Shown here: positions 28,035 to 41,400 of the stretch, piece after piece
Position numbering within the stretch: position 1 is the stretch's first letter
Layout of the letters: the number at the start of each line of letters is the position of its first letter
Assembly: GCF_054482525.1 (NCBI RefSeq)
Contig: NZ_CM137006.1
Direction: 5' to 3' (one strand)
Length of the DNA stretch: 64,000 nucleotides
Translations under genes and position numbers: made by a program
Notes under the pieces: generated by a model
Told to the model about the DNA's origin: nothing
The model's database searches: none
What the model saw: the letters and a program-made list of their open reading frames with translations, nothing else

Positions 28035-29197
28035 TGCTGGATGCGCTGACATTTGATGCAGGCAGTACGCTGACGCCGGATTACATGCTGATGCTCGACA
28101 GCAGGGATATTACCGGCAATATCAGCGACCGTCTGATGAGCATGACTCTGACGGATAACCGGGGCTTTGAGGCTGACCAGCTTGATATTGAACTGAACGA
28201 TGCCGACGGGCAGGTCGAACTGCCGGTTCGTGGCGCTGTCCTGACGGTGTATATCGGCTGGAAAGGTTTTGCCCTGGTATGCAAAGGGAAATTCACCGTT
28301 GATGAGGTAGAGCACCGGGGCGCGCCGGATGTGGTCACCATCCGGGCCCGGAGTGCAGATTTTCGTGGCACGCTCAATTCCCGCCGTGAAGGCTCCTGGC
28401 ATGACACCACGCTCGGTGCGATTGTTGAGGCGATAGCCTCCCGTAACAGGCTGGAAGCCAGTGTCGCTCCATCACTGGCCGGAATTAAAATCCCGCACAT
28501 CGACCAGTCGCAGGAGTCTGATGCTAAATTCCTGACCCGTCTTGCTGAACGCAACGGCGGTGAGGTGTCGGTAAAAATGGGAAAACTGCTGTTTCTCAAA
28601 GCGGGGCAGGGGGTGACGGCCAGCGGTAAAAAAATCCCGCAGATTACCATCACCCGCAGCGACGGCGACCGCCATCATTTTGCGATTGCTGACCGTGGAG
28701 CCTATACCGGCGTAACGGCAAAGTGGTTACACACCAAAGACCCGAAGCCACAAAAGCAGAAGGTAAAACTGAAGCGCAAAAAGAAAGAGAAACACCTGCG
28801 CGCACTGGAGCACCCGAAAGCAAAACCGGTCACGCAGAAGAAAGTGCCAAAAGTACCGGAAGCGCGCGAAGGTGAATACATGGCCGGTGAGGCTGACAAC
28901 GTTTTTGCCCTGACTACGGTATATGCCACGAAAGCGCAGGCCATGCGCGCCGCTCAGGCGAAGTGGGATAAACTGCAACGGGGTGTGGCGGAGTTCTCCA
29001 TCAGCCTGGCTACCGGTCGGGCAGATATTTACACGGAAACGCCGGTCAAGGTATCAGGCTTTAAGCGCGTCATAGACGAGCAGGACTGGACAATCACTAA
29101 GGTGACACATTTTCTGAATAATAGCGGCTTCACGACGTCCTTAGAGCTTGAGGTCAGGCTTTCTGATGTGGAGTACGAAACAGAAGATGATGAGTGA
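28034..29197 (+). CDS. D: P2-like tail protein gpD (387 aa)
   Basis: 387-aa ORF after U. Confidence 0.9.
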   Translation: MLDALTFDAGSTLTPDYMLMLDSRDITGNISDRLMSMTLTDNRGFEADQLDIELNDADGQVELPVRGAVLTVYIGWKGFALVCKGKFTVDEVEHRGAPDVVTIRARSADFRGTLNSRREGSWHDTTLGAIVEAIASRNRLEASVAPSLAGIKIPHIDQSQESDAKFLTRLAERNGGEVSVKMGKLLFLKAGQGVTASGKKIPQITITRSDGDRHHFAIADRGAYTGVTAKWLHTKDPKPQKQKVKLKRKKKEKHLRALEHPKAKPVTQKKVPKVPEAREGEYMAGEADNVFALTTVYATKAQAMRAAQAKWDKLQRGVAEFSISLATGRADIYTETPVKVSGFKRVIDEQDWTITKVTHFLNNSGFTTSLELEVRLSDVEYETEDDE

Positions 29198-29278
29198 TGT
29201 CTATTATTTATCTGTTTGTTTTATAAGGATAAATTAACTAAAATGGCACCATCAACAAAACCGGAAGAGGTGCTCGCG

Positions 29279-29497
29279 ATGTTTCATTGTCCTTTATGCC
29301 AGCATGCCGCACATGCGCGTACAAGCCGCTATATCACTGACACGACAAAAGAGCGTTATCACCAGTGCCAGAACGTGAATTGCAGCGCCACGTTCATCAC
29401 TTATGAGTCGGTACAGCGATACATCGTGAAGCCGGGAGAAGTCCACGCCGTAAGGCCGCACCCGTTGCCGTCAGGGCAGCAAATTATGTGGATGTAA
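29279..29497 (+). CDS. ogr: Ogr zinc-finger late-gene transcriptional activator (72 aa)
   Basis: MFHCPLCQHAAHARTSRYITDTTKERYHQCQNVNCSATF with Cys4 zinc finger; the provided ORF starts 21 codons upstream. Confidence 0.9.
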   Translation: MFHCPLCQHAAHARTSRYITDTTKERYHQCQNVNCSATFITYESVQRYIVKPGEVHAVRPHPLPSGQQIMWM

Positions 29498-29510
29498 TTA
29501 CATACAGGAA

Positions 29511-29534
29511 GCCCCTCAGTCGAGGGGCTTTTTT
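29511..29534 (+). terminator. Rho-independent terminator after ogr
   Basis: gcccctc-agtc-gaggggc hairpin followed by TTTTTT. Confidence 0.7.
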
Positions 29535-29598
29535 GTCGATGTGGTCAATGTGTGGACGTGACCAGAAATAAATCCTTTTATTTCATTGTATTACGCGT

Positions 29599-29625
29599 AA
29601 AAAATAAGCCCGTGTAAGGGAGATT
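29599..29625. other. attR: P2 att core (prophage right junction, attR) next to yegQ
   Basis: AAAAAATAAGCCCGTGTAAGGGAGATT matches the 27-bp P2 attachment core as I recall it; lies between ogr and the first host gene. Confidence 0.75.
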
Positions 29626-29769
29626 ACACAGGCTAAGGAGGTGGTTCCTGGTACAGCTAGCATTTTATGGGTTATGTTTTTCAGCGAAACGGATGATAAC
29701 CTTAATAAATGCAGCTGTATGTGATCGGTTTCTAAGAATTTTCCATCCGGGAAAAATAATCGAAATTAA

Positions 29770-31131
29770 TCACTTACCGTGGGGGTTACGCGTGGTTTCC
29801 CCGGAGAAATTACGCATCAGGAGCGCGTAATTTAGCTCAAGATCCTGCGGCACCGGGATCCACACAGTATAACCATCGCCTGGTGCGACCGGCATAGCTT
29901 CACCTTTGGTGTTTTCCATGTGCTCAAGGGTAAAGTTAATGTTCCCTTGCGGCGTCATCAGCTCAAGGCTGTCGCCAACGGAGAATTTATTTTTCACCGC
30001 TACCGCCGCGAGGTCGCCCTTGCGCTCACCGGTAAACTCACCAACAAACTGCTGGCGGTCAGAAACTGAATAACCGTATTCGTAGTTCTGATAATCGTCG
30101 TGAGTATGACGACGCAGGAAACCTTCGGTATAGCCACGATGCGCCAGACCTTCCAGGGTTTCCAGCAGGCTGGTATCGAACGGTTTGCCCGCAGCGGCGT
30201 CATCGATAGCTTTACGATAAACCTGTGCGGTGCGTGCGCAATAGTAGAAAGATTTGGTACGGCCTTCGATTTTCAGCGAATGCACGCCCATTTTGGTCAG
30301 GCGTTCTACATGGGCGATGGCGCGCAGATCTTTCGAGTTCATGATGTAAGTGCCGTGCTCATCTTCAAACGCGGTCATATACTCGCCCGGACGCTGGGCT
30401 TCTTCGATCATAAACACTTTGTCAGTTGGTGCGCCGATACCCAGCGTCGGCTCAACATTTTGCACCGGAATCGGCTCGTACTTGTGTACGATGTTGCCAA
30501 CGTCATCTTCTTTCCCTTCCTGGACGTTGTACTCCCAGCGGCAGGCGTTGGTGCAGGTGCCCTGGTTCGGGTCGCGCTTGTTGATATAGCCAGAGAGCAG
30601 GCAGCGACCGGAGTAGGCCATGCACAGCGCGCCGTGAACGAAGATCTCGATCTCCATATCCGGCACCTGATTACGAATCTCTTCAATCTCTTCCAGCGAC
30701 AGCTCGCGAGAGAGGATCACGCGGGTCAGTCCCATTTGCTGCCAGAATTTCACCGTCGCCCAGTTCACGGCGTTAGCCTGCACCGAGAGGTGGATCGGCA
30801 CTTCAGGGAAGTGCTCACGCACCAGCATAATCAGCCCTGGATCAGACATAATCAGCGCATCCGGCCCCATTTCCACCACCGGTTTCAGGTCACGGATAAA
30901 GGTTTTCAGCTTGGCGTTGTGCGGTGCAATGTTGACCACGACATAAAACTTTTTCCCCAGCGCATGGGCTTCATTAATGCCGAGCTGAAGATTTTCGTGG
31001 TTGAATTCGTTGTTGCGCACACGCAGGGAGTAACGCGGCTGGCCCGCATAAACAGCATCTGCGCCATAAGCGAAAGCGTAACGCATATTTTTCAGCGTTC
31101 CCGCCGGGGAAAGGAGTTCCGGTTTAAACAT
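29770..31131 (-). CDS. yegQ: U32-family peptidase-like protein YegQ (453 aa)
   Basis: 453-aa ORF with U32 family features; conserved neighbour of yegP/baeR. Confidence 0.95.
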   Translation of the reverse strand: MFKPELLSPAGTLKNMRYAFAYGADAVYAGQPRYSLRVRNNEFNHENLQLGINEAHALGKKFYVVVNIAPHNAKLKTFIRDLKPVVEMGPDALIMSDPGLIMLVREHFPEVPIHLSVQANAVNWATVKFWQQMGLTRVILSRELSLEEIEEIRNQVPDMEIEIFVHGALCMAYSGRCLLSGYINKRDPNQGTCTNACRWEYNVQEGKEDDVGNIVHKYEPIPVQNVEPTLGIGAPTDKVFMIEEAQRPGEYMTAFEDEHGTYIMNSKDLRAIAHVERLTKMGVHSLKIEGRTKSFYYCARTAQVYRKAIDDAAAGKPFDTSLLETLEGLAHRGYTEGFLRRHTHDDYQNYEYGYSVSDRQQFVGEFTGERKGDLAAVAVKNKFSVGDSLELMTPQGNINFTLEHMENTKGEAMPVAPGDGYTVWIPVPQDLELNYALLMRNFSGETTRNPHGK

Positions 31132-31278
31132 AATTCTCTCGTTCTGATGACAGGTCAGATCCGCTTCACCTGATGAAGCGGTTAGGGGAGTGCCCCCACT
31201 TTAAGGGCGGGCATTGTAGCGCTGTAGGGGGGAGCTGGTAAAGCGCCAGACGCCAACAACACGCGCCCGGCATCGTAA

Positions 31279-31611
31279 TTACGTATTGTCTTTCACCGTC
31301 TGGCTTGTGCCATTGGCTTTAACGGAGGCAATTCCGGTTTCACGAGATTGCGCGGTGGCGTACATCTGGCTGGAGCCGATAATTTGATGATTGGCGGCTT
31401 TCAGATTGAAATAGAATTTGCCGTTGCTTGCCGTTTTTTTCTCATAGCGTTCTTCTTGCGGGCTGTTGCTACGCACCGACGCGATACCCTTTTCCGCAGA
31501 GGCTTTTGAGGTATATAGCTCGCTGGTGAGGATAGTCTCACCATTGCCCGCTTTTAGCACAAACCGGAACTGATTATCACTGCTCTTACTGAGTTCAAAC
31601 CAACCAGCCAT
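31279..31611 (-). CDS. yegP: YegP (DUF1508/UPF0339 tandem-repeat protein, 110 aa)
   Basis: Start at MAGWFELSKSSDNQFRFVLKAGNGE; two DUF1508-like repeats. Confidence 0.93.
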   Translation of the reverse strand: MAGWFELSKSSDNQFRFVLKAGNGETILTSELYTSKASAEKGIASVRSNSPQEERYEKKTASNGKFYFNLKAANHQIIGSSQMYATAQSRETGIASVKANGTSQTVKDNT

Positions 31612-31790
31612 AATGACTCCTTGATTGAAATTGCGTATCGAAAACAGCATCTAAAAGGACTGTTTACCGATTAAAGTATGAGCGATTTTCAGGCGGTTGC
31701 CAGGGCGGAGAGATAATGTCAGTTTGCTGACCATGCGTGGGATAATGTTGCCGGATGCGGCGTGAATGCCTTCTCCGGCAGGTAAAAATG

Positions 31791-32513
31791 TTAAACGATG
31801 CGGCAGGCGTCGGCTTCCCAGCGGTAACCGACGCCGTAAACGGCACGGATAAAGGACTGTTCGGCGTCGAGAGATTCCAGCTTGCGACGCAGGTTTTTAA
31901 TGTGGCTGTCGATAGTGCGGTCGGTTACTACGCGGTAGTCGTCATAAAGATGATTGAGCAATTGTTCGCGGGAGAACACTTTTCCTGGTTCATGAGAGAG
32001 CGTTTTCAGCAGACGAAATTCCGCAGGCGTCAGGTCAAGCATTTTTCCGCGCCAGGAAGCCTGAAAACGACCTTCGTCGATAATCAACGGGCTTTCAGCA
32101 TCCTGTTGCTGCAACTCACGCTGGGGTTTGCAACGGCGCAAAATGGTTTTGACGCGCGCTACCACTTCCCGTGGGCTGTACGGTTTGCAGATGTAGTCAT
32201 CAGCGCCAATTTCCAGCCCCAGCAGGCGGTCGATCTCTTCGATTTTTGCTGTCACCATCACGATCGGAATGTCAGAAAAACGACGAATTTCCCGGCACAG
32301 CGTCAAGCCATCGGTGCCAGGGAGCATCAGATCCAACAGGATCAGATCCGGTGGTGTCTGGCGCACATACGGCAGTACCTGATCGCCGTGGCTGATAAGC
32401 GTCGGCGCATAGCTCGCAGCACGCAGATAATCAATGAGTAACTGCCCCAGCTTCGGTTCATCTTCCACGATCAAAATACGCGGTGTGTTTTCGTCGATTG
32501 GTAACTCGGTCAT
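31791..32513 (-). CDS. baeR: Two-component response regulator BaeR (240 aa)
   Basis: Receiver domain ([10 protein letters not shown]...[13 protein letters not shown]) plus OmpR-type winged helix. Confidence 0.96.
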
Positions 32514-33913
32514 ACTTCTCTCTGTAAATCCCGTTCCAGCGGTAACTCTACTGTAATGCTTACCCCGCCAAAAGGCGAATGGGCAGCAATAATGCGGCCA
32601 TTATGTGCTTCAACAATGTTCAGGCAAATCGCCAGCCCCAGCCCGGAACCGCCGCTGGCGCGGTTCCGGGAACCTTCGGTGCGATAAAAACGTTCAAACA
32701 ATTTTTGTAGCTGATCGTCACTGACGCCCGGCGCGCTGTCAGCAAAGGTCAGGCGCACCGTTTTGTCGTGCTGCTCGGCAGAGATTTTCAGGCTGCCGCC
32801 GCTGTCAGTGTAGCGCAGGCTGTTTTCCAGTAAGTTATTGAATAACTGCATTAAACGGTCGCGATCGCCAAATACAGTAATACTGTCTGGCAGGGAAAAT
32901 TGCAGTTTCAGGCCACGGCTGGCGAATCGTTCGCGAAATGCGCCGCCCGCCACTTCCAGCAGTGGGATCAAATCTACCGGTGCTTTTTGATAGGCGAGAG
33001 CGCCTTCATCAGACATCGACAACTGATGCAGATCGTCAACCAGTTTGGTCAGTGTACCGACCTCCGCCTGTAAAGACGCCACCGTCTCCGGCGTGAATTT
33101 ACGCACGCCATCCTGAATGGCTTCCAGTTCACCGCGCAGCACCGCTAATGGCGTACGCAGTTCGTGAGAAATATCGGCCATAAAATCGCGGCGCATTTGC
33201 TGGTTTTTCTCCAGCGTGCTGGCGAGCTGGTTGAAGTCTTGCGCCAGTTTGCCCAGTTCATCTTCACTGGTGGGCGTCACGCGGGTAGTGAAATCGCCCG
33301 CCGCCAGTTTGTGCGTGCCGTCCACCAGCCGTTTTACCGGTGCCAGCAAACCACGCGCCAGCAGAAAGGTAGCGAGTGCCGCGAGTAACGTTGCCAGAGC
33401 GACAATCAGCCAGCTGGTTTGCCGCTGTTGTTTATCGAAATTGATATCAGTATTGCGGGTCAGTCGCTCAACAGGGGAGGCAATCACCGCACCCACTTCC
33501 GCACCGTTGACCAGAATGGGTCGCCGTGTACCGTCAGGTGGAATCGGCGCTCGCGGACCAACCAGCACTTTGTTGTTTTGATCAACCACCCAGAACTGGG
33601 TACGCCAGCCGTGCGGTGGCATACCCGGGCCGGGTTTATCTTCCGAATTATCGTGTTCAAATGAACGCAGGATCTGAAAGACAAAGCGATCATTGTTGCG
33701 CAGGAAGCGCCAGTTACCATGCTGCGCATACTGCTCGCCAAGCGCATCACTTAACAGTTGTAATCGCTGTTCATTACCATGCTTGATGTAATCAATAAAG
33801 CCACGCTCAAAACTGATACGCACCGCCCAGTGCATACTGATCAGCAAGACAATGCAGGTGGCGAAAATCGCCAGAAACAGTTTGCCGGTAATACCGGGTC
33901 GCCAGAACTTCAT
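32510..33913 (-). CDS. baeS: Sensor histidine kinase BaeS (467 aa)
   Basis: TM sensor, HAMP, His kinase (HELRTPL) and ATPase domains; overlaps baeR start. Confidence 0.96.
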
Positions 33914-35325
33914 TGCGCGCTCCTTTTTCGCCGCGAAATAGCTACATTTTGATGCGTATCGTTCGGCACTCTGGCAAAGATGAACGCCGGAAGGGCGATG
34001 ATAAACGCCATGCTAAGCCAGGTGTACATAAAGACGGTTTGTGTGGTGCCGCTGTCGACGCTGACATGCTGTGAACCAAAAAGTCCCAGCAACAGCCCGG
34101 CGATAGTGACGCCGATACTCATCGACAATTGCATAATCATCGACAGCAGGCTGTTTCCGCTGCTCGCCAGATTGTCCGGGAGATCTTTCAGCGTCAGGGT
34201 GTTCATGGAGGAGAAACGCGTCGAGTTGACCATCCCTTGTAAAAACAGGACGAACGGCAAAACGTAGTACCAGCCCAGCAGAGCAGTGGTCATAAACAAC
34301 AGGGTGACCAGCGACAGACCCAGCGTGGTCGCCACCAGTACCCGACGATAACCAAAGCGATTCACTACCTGTACCACAATTCGCTTCATCCCCATGCTGC
34401 CGAGCACCATCGGGATCATCATCAGTCCGGCATGAAACGGTGAGAAGCCAAGGCCAATTTGCAGGAAAACCGGCGTCATAAAGGGCAACATGCCGCTACC
34501 GATACGTCCGGCAAAGCTCCCCGCCAGGCCCAGCGAAAAGGTACGAGTGCGGAACAGTTTCAGACTGAACAGGGCGCGGTTGTTATTTCTGGCGTGCAGC
34601 AGATAAAGCACCAGTGCCACCACGCCAACTGCGACCAGGCCAGCAATCGCCAGCGGCGATAAACCTGTACCTTTACTGCCGTCCAGCGCCAGGGTTAATA
34701 CCGCCATGCCAACCGCCAGCAATAAAAAGCCGGAGAGATCAAAGCGCCGCGTCTGCATGGTGTAGTTCGGCATTAACATCAGTGTGGCGATCGCACCGAT
34801 AATCCCCACCGGAATGTTGATCAAAAAGATCCAGTGCCAGGAGGCGTACTCCACCAGCAGGCCGCCGAGCGCCGGACCGAGCAGCGGCCCGACCTGACCG
34901 GGTAACGTGACAAAGGTCATCGCCGCCATATATTGCTCGCGCGGTACGATTTTCATCACCGTAAGCCTTCCGACCGGCACCATCATCGCACCGCCAACGC
35001 CCTGTAACGCGCGTGCCAGCAACAGTTCGTTCAGCGTGCCGGAAAGCGCGCAAAACAGTGAACCGAGAGTAAACAGCACGATGGCGGTAAAGAAAATATT
35101 GCGCACGCCGACTTTGTCCGCCAGCCAGCCGCTGGCGGGCAGCATCACCGCCACGGTCAGTACATAAGAGACAATGACCATGTGCATATGCAACGGACTT
35201 TCCCCGAGACTTTGCGCCATTGAGGGAAGCGCGGTGTTAACGATGGTGGTGTCCAGCGACTGCATAAAGAAGCCGAAAGCCACAATCCACAATTGCCAGC
35301 GGGTGCTGTCGGGAAGATCTGTCAT
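33910..35325 (-). CDS. mdtD: MFS transporter MdtD (471 aa)
   Basis: Polytopic MFS membrane protein, last gene of mdtABCD. Confidence 0.95.
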   Translation of the reverse strand: MTDLPDSTRWQLWIVAFGFFMQSLDTTIVNTALPSMAQSLGESPLHMHMVIVSYVLTVAVMLPASGWLADKVGVRNIFFTAIVLFTLGSLFCALSGTLNELLLARALQGVGGAMMVPVGRLTVMKIVPREQYMAAMTFVTLPGQVGPLLGPALGGLLVEYASWHWIFLINIPVGIIGAIATLMLMPNYTMQTRRFDLSGFLLLAVGMAVLTLALDGSKGTGLSPLAIAGLVAVGVVALVLYLLHARNNNRALFSLKLFRTRTFSLGLAGSFAGRIGSGMLPFMTPVFLQIGLGFSPFHAGLMMIPMVLGSMGMKRIVVQVVNRFGYRRVLVATTLGLSLVTLLFMTTALLGWYYVLPFVLFLQGMVNSTRFSSMNTLTLKDLPDNLASSGNSLLSMIMQLSMSIGVTIAGLLLGLFGSQHVSVDSGTTQTVFMYTWLSMAFIIALPAFIFARVPNDTHQNVAISRRKRSAQ

Positions 35326-38300
35326 TTACTCGGTTACCGTTTGTTTAGGTTTACGCGAAAAACGCAGCCGCAGACGGTCGAAAAAGAGATACACCACCGG
35401 CGTGGTATACAGCGTCAGAAGCTGGCTCATTACCAGACCGCCGACAATGGTGATCCCCAATGGTTGCCGCAGCTCCGAGCCGTCACCGCCCGACAATACC
35501 AGCGGCAGCGCACCAAACAGCGCCGCCAGGGTAGTCATCATAATCGGGCGAAAACGCAGCAGACAGGCCTGGAAAATAGCTTCCTGCGGCGTCAGGTTAC
35601 CGTGCCGTTGGGCTTCAAGCGCAAAATCGACCATCATGATGGCGTTTTTCTTTACGATGCCGATTAATAGCATGATCCCTATCAGGGCGATTAGGCTGAA
35701 CGGGGCATTGAACAGTTCCAGCGCCAGCAGCGCTCCAACGCCCGCCGAGGGCAGGGTGGAGAGAATCGTCAGCGGATGTACGTAACTCTCGTAAAGGATA
35801 CCCAGCACGATATACACCGTGGCGATGGCGGCGATAATCAGGATCACCTGCGAGTTCATCGTCTCCTGGAACACCTGCGCCGTGCCGGCAAAACTACCGC
35901 GCACCGTCGAAGGCACACCAAGCTGGGTCATTGCGCGATCGATCGCTGCACTGGCGTCCGAGAGCGATTTCCCGGTCGGCAGGTTGAACGAGATGGTCGA
36001 GGCTGCCGATAATCCCTGATGATTCACCGACAGCGGAGCATTCGCCGGTTGCCATTTAGCGAAATACGACAGCGGGATCGCTTTTCCTTCGTTATTGATA
36101 ACGAACATTTTTTCCAGCGCGCTGATGTCCTGGGTATAGCGCGGATCCACTTCCATCACCACTTTATACTGGTTCATCGGCTGGTAAATGGTCGAGATTT
36201 GCCGCTGACCGAAGGCGTTATTTAACAGACTGTTGGCGGCTTGCACGTCGATTCCCAGCCGTGCCATGGTGTCGCGGTCGTAAACCAGATTCATCTCCGC
36301 GCCGTTATCCTGCTGGTCGGAGTTCACGTCCGCCAGTTCCGGCAATGTCGCCAGTTTTTTGCGGATTTTCGGCTCCCATTCGCGCAGTGCCGCCAGGTCG
36401 TCGGATAACAACGTGTACTGGTAGCTGGCGTTCGACTGACGTCCGCCAACGCGAATATCCTGTACCGCCATCAGGAACAGATTCGCCCCCGGTTCTTTCG
36501 CCAGCTTCACGCGCAGACGGTCGATAATTTGCTGCGCCGTTTCGCTGCGTTCGCCGCGTGGCTTCAGCGTGATAAACATCATCCCGCTGTTCACCCGCGA
36601 ACCGCCGGTAAAGCCGGTAACATTATCCACCGCCGGATCGTCACGGATAATTTTCATAAAATCCTGCAACTTACCGCGCATTGCCTGAAACGAAATACTC
36701 TGATCCGCCTGTATCCCACCCATCAGGACGCCGGTATCCTGCTCCGGGAAGAAGGTTTTCGGGATCGAGATATATAGCCAGATATTCAGCGCAATGGTGC
36801 CAAGCAACACCACGCCCACCAGACGGGTATGATTAAGCACCCATTTCAGCGACTTACCATAGCCTTGTTGCAGGGCTACCAACATGCGACCAAAACCACG
36901 TAGTCGCTTTTGCTCGCGCGGCTTGCTGGCTTTTAGCATCCAGCCGCACATCATTGGCGTTAGCGTCAGAGAAACCAGCAACGAAATACCAATGGCGACA
37001 GAAAGCGTCACGGCAAACTCGCGTAACAGTCTGCCCGGCAATCCGCCCATCAACAGCAGCGGCAGAAACACCGCCACCAGTGACAGACTCATCGACAGCA
37101 CCGTAAAACCGACTTCGCGAGTACCTTGCAGTGCGGCCTGTAGTGGTTTTATCCCCGCTTCCAGGTGACGGGCAATGTTTTCCAGCACCACGATGGCGTC
37201 ATCCACCACGAAACCAGTAGCAATAGTGAGCGCCATTAACGACAGGTTATTGAGACTGAATCCGCACAGGTACATCGCCGCAAACGTACCAATCAGCGAA
37301 ACCGGCACCGCAACGGCGGGAATAATAGTGGCGCGACCCGAGCGCAGGAATAAAAACACCACCAGAATCACCAGCGCCACCGAGATAATCAGCGTTTGCT
37401 CGACTTCTTCCAGCGAGGCGCGAATGGTGGGGGAGCGATCCTGGGCAATTTGCAGATCAATCGCCGCCGGAATGGTTTCCTGCAACTCCGGTAATTTTGC
37501 CCGGATGCTGTCAACCGTCTGGATAATATTGGCTTCCGGCAGCTTGCGGATCATCAGCAAAATAGCCGGTTTGGCATTGGTCATCCCGGCGTTACGTACA
37601 TCCTGTACAGAGTCGGTCACCGTCGCCACATCGCCCAGACGAACCGCGCCGCCGTTGTTGTAATGAATAATCAGCGGCTGATATTCAGCGGCGGTTTTTA
37701 GCTCATCGTTGGTCTGGATCTGCCAGCGGTGAGTGCTATCTTCCAGCGCCCCCTGCGGTTTACGCACGTTGGCATTGCTGATGGCGCTGCGCACATCGTC
37801 CAGCGACACGCCCTGATTAAACAGCGCCTGCGGATTCAGCCCGACGCGTACGGCGGGCAGCGAGCTGCCGCCAACATCGACATCACCGACACCGTCGATT
37901 TGCGAAATCGTCGGAGCCAACTGCGTCGAGGCGAAATCGTACAGTTCACCCTGCGAATAAGTATCGGACGTCAGCGTCAGGATCATTATTGGCGCATCCG
38001 ACGGGTTCGCTTTGCGATAGGTCGGACGGCTTGGCATCCCGCTGGGCAGCAAACTTTGCGCGGCGTTGATCGCCGCTTGCACATCGCGCGCTGCGCCGTT
38101 GATATCGCGGTCAAAATCAAACTGCAAAATAATGCGCGTGCTGCCGAGCGAACTGCTGGAGGTCATTTCACTGACCCCGGCAATGCGCCCAAGCGAACGT
38201 TCCAGCGGCGTGGCAACGGAAGACGCCATTGTTTCTGGTGACGCACCGGGCAGCGAGGCGCTGACCATAATCACCGGAAAATCGACCTGCGGCAGCGGGG

Positions 38301-38403
38301 CGACCGGCAGCATACGGAAGCCCAGTATGCCGCACAGGGTAATGGCGACCGACAGTAAAATCGTCGCCACCGGGCGGTAAATGAAGAGGGCAAAAAACTT
38401 CAC
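35326..38403 (-). CDS. mdtC: RND multidrug efflux pump subunit MdtC (1025 aa)
   Basis: 1025-aa RND transporter paralogue directly downstream of mdtB. Confidence 0.96.
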   Translation of the reverse strand: MKFFALFIYRPVATILLSVAITLCGILGFRMLPVAPLPQVDFPVIMVSASLPGASPETMASSVATPLERSLGRIAGVSEMTSSSSLGSTRIILQFDFDRDINGAARDVQAAINAAQSLLPSGMPSRPTYRKANPSDAPIMILTLTSDTYSQGELYDFASTQLAPTISQIDGVGDVDVGGSSLPAVRVGLNPQALFNQGVSLDDVRSAISNANVRKPQGALEDSTHRWQIQTNDELKTAAEYQPLIIHYNNGGAVRLGDVATVTDSVQDVRNAGMTNAKPAILLMIRKLPEANIIQTVDSIRAKLPELQETIPAAIDLQIAQDRSPTIRASLEEVEQTLIISVALVILVVFLFLRSGRATIIPAVAVPVSLIGTFAAMYLCGFSLNNLSLMALTIATGFVVDDAIVVLENIARHLEAGIKPLQAALQGTREVGFTVLSMSLSLVAVFLPLLLMGGLPGRLLREFAVTLSVAIGISLLVSLTLTPMMCGWMLKASKPREQKRLRGFGRMLVALQQGYGKSLKWVLNHTRLVGVVLLGTIALNIWLYISIPKTFFPEQDTGVLMGGIQADQSISFQAMRGKLQDFMKIIRDDPAVDNVTGFTGGSRVNSGMMFITLKPRGERSETAQQIIDRLRVKLAKEPGANLFLMAVQDIRVGGRQSNASYQYTLLSDDLAALREWEPKIRKKLATLPELADVNSDQQDNGAEMNLVYDRDTMARLGIDVQAANSLLNNAFGQRQISTIYQPMNQYKVVMEVDPRYTQDISALEKMFVINNEGKAIPLSYFAKWQPANAPLSVNHQGLSAASTISFNLPTGKSLSDASAAIDRAMTQLGVPSTVRGSFAGTAQVFQETMNSQVILIIAAIATVYIVLGILYESYVHPLTILSTLPSAGVGALLALELFNAPFSLIALIGIMLLIGIVKKNAIMMVDFALEAQRHGNLTPQEAIFQACLLRFRPIMMTTLAALFGALPLVLSGGDGSELRQPLGITIVGGLVMSQLLTLYTTPVVYLFFDRLRLRFSRKPKQTVTE

Positions 38404-41400
38404 TTACGCCTCCTCTTCATGACGGGCAAAGCGGCTTTTGGTCCACAATGCCAGGCGGTCGAATAGCAGATAAATCACCGGCGTGGTGAACAGCGTCAGC
38501 ACCTGGCTGACAATCAGACCGCCGACCATGCCGATACCTAACGGACGACGCAGTTCCGCGCCGACCCCGGTACTCAACATCAGCGGCAGCGCGCCAAGCA
38601 GAGCCGCCAGGGTGGTCATCAGGATCGGACGAAAACGCAACAGACAAGCCTGGTAGATTGCATCGCGCGGCGACATGCCTTGCTCGCGCTCAGCAGCCAG
38701 CGCGAAGTCGATCATCATGATGGCGTTCTTCTTCACGATACCGATCAGCAAAATAATGCCGATAATTGCAATCACATCCAGTTCGCTACCGGCAATCATT
38801 AACGCCAGCAGTGCGCCAACACCTGCCGTGGGTAGCGTCGAGAGAATGGTGATCGGGTGAATAAAGCTCTCGTACAGAATGCCGAGCACGATATACATCG
38901 CCACCACCGCCGCGACAATCAGCCAGACAGTGCTGCCCAGCGCCGACTGGAAAGCGAGGGTGCTGCCCTGGAACTGCGTGGTGATATCCACCGGCAGATT
39001 CAGCGTCTTTTCGGTGTCCATAATCGCCTGCACCGCATCGCCCAGCGAATAGTTATCCGGCACGTTAAAGGAGATAGTCGTTACCGGAAACTGATCCAGA
39101 TGGTTGATGGAGAGCGGCGCAAAACGCTGCTCAATTTTGGCAATTGAGCTTAGCGGCACCACGCCGCCGTCGCTGCTGGTCAGGCGAATGGTATCCAGCG
39201 CCGCGAGGCCTGGGGTATTTTCGGTGTTGTGTTCCAGCACCACGCGATACTGGTTAGCCTGAGTATAAATAGTGGAAATCAGCCGCTGACCAAACGCGTT
39301 GTACAGGGCGTTATCGACATCCGCCATGCTGATCCCCAGACGGCTGGCGCTGTCGCGATCAACATTGACATACGCCACCAGCCCTTGGTCCTGCCAGTCG
39401 CTGGAGACATCAGAAAGCTGTGGCAACTGCTGGAGTTTTTCCATCAACTGTGGCACCCAGGTACTGAGCGCATCCAGTGACGTGGCCTGCAAGGTAAACT
39501 GGTACTGGGTGCGGCTGACCTGAGTATCGATGGTCAGGTCCTGCGTTGGTTGCAGGAAGAGATCGACGCCCGGCACTTTATCCACCGCCGTTTGCAGACG
39601 GGCGATGACTTTTTGCACCCGGTCATCTCGTTCATCCAGTGGTTTGAGATTGATCTGTAAACGCGCACTGTTCAGCGACGGGTTAGTGCCATCAACGCCA
39701 ACAAATGAGGTCAAACTTTGCACTGCCGGATCCTGCAAAATCACGTCCGCGACCTGGCGTTGCCGCTGGGCCATATTGGCAAAGGAGCTGGATTGCGGTG
39801 CCTGCAAAGTGCCCTGAATAATGCCGTTGTCCTGCACCGGGAAGAAACCTTTCGGAATGAACACCCACAGCAGCACGCTAAGCAGCAGCGTGCTGAGTGC
39901 CACGCTTAAGGTCAGCCACGGATGATTCAGCACTTTCGCCAGTCCACGACCATAGGCGGCGATTATCCTGTCGAACATTTTCTCCGAGGCTCGGGAGAAG
40001 CGATTCTGTTTACGCAGCGACTCCTGGCTGAGCATCCGCGCGCACATCATCGGCGTCAGAGTCAGCGACACCACGGCTGAGATCAAAATCGCGACTGCCA
40101 GAGTAATAGCAAATTCGCGGAACAGTCGCCCGACGATATCGCCCATAAATAGCAGTGGGATCAACACTGCAATCAGTGAGAAGGTCAGCGAGATAATGGT
40201 AAAGCCGATTTCACCCGCGCCTTTGAGCGCCGCCGCCAACGGTTTTTCGCCTTTTTCGATATAGCGGGAAATGTTTTCGATCACCACGATGGCGTCATCG
40301 ACCACAAATCCGGTGGCGATAGTTAACGCCATCAGCGTCAGGTTATTGATTGAAAAATCGAGAAACACCATGACCGCGAAGGTGCCGATTAACGACAGCG
40401 GCACTGCGACGCCGGGAATGATGGTCGCCGGAATATTACGCAAAAACAGGTAGATAATCATGACTACCAGCGCGATAGCCATCATCAATTCAAACTGAGT
40501 ATCATCGACCGATGCGCGGATGTTGGTGGTGCGGTCAGAAAGCACCGTCACTTTTACCGATTTCGGCAAACTCTCGGTGAGTTGTGGCAGCATCTGCCGG
40601 ATGCTGTCGGCGGTGGAGATAATGTTAGCACCGGGCTGGCGCTGAACATTCATCACAATGGCCTGTTCTTTGTTCGCCCACGCGCCGAGCCAGCTGTTTT
40701 CTGCTCCTTGCTCTACGGTTGCGACATCGCCCAGACGAATCGGCGCGCCGTTCTGGTAGGCGATGATCAGCTGGCGATACTCTTCGGCGGATTGCATCTG
40801 GTCGTTCGCGGAAAGTGTGACCGCACGGGAAGGGCCGTCGAGGCTACCTTTTGCCGAGTTAACGTTAGCGCCGGTAATAGCGGTGCGCGCGGTTTCGCTG
40901 GTCAGGCCGAGGGCGGCAATCGCCTGGGCGTTAAGTTTGACGCGAACAGCCGGACGCTGGCCGCCGGAAAGCGTCACCAGGCCGACGCCGGAAATCTGCG
41001 AGATTTTTTGCGCGACGCGGGTTTCCACCATATCTTCCACCTGGGTCATCGGCATGGCGGTTGAGGTGACGGCGAGCGTCATGATCGGCGGATCTGCCGG
41101 GTTCACTTTGCTATAAACCGGCGGGTTAGGTAGATCGCTCGGCAACAAGTTGGTCGCAGCGTTAATCGCGGCCTGCACTTCCTGCTCGGCGACATCGAGC
41201 GGTAATGTTAGCTGGAACTGCAAAGTGATAACTGACGCACCGCCGGAACTTTGCGACGACATCTGTTTCAGGCCAGACATCTGCCCGAACTGGCGTTCGA
41301 GCGGCGCGGTAACGGCAGAGGTCATGACATCCGGGCTGGCACCTGGGTAGAGGGTGACCACCTGAATGGTTGGATAGTCCACTTCCGGCAGCGCCGAAAC

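Noticed and set aside
30100-31173. 357-aa ORF on the + strand antisense to yegQ
   Set aside because: Fully contained within and opposite to the well-supported yegQ gene; no RBS or coding signal; typical GC-rich antisense artefact.
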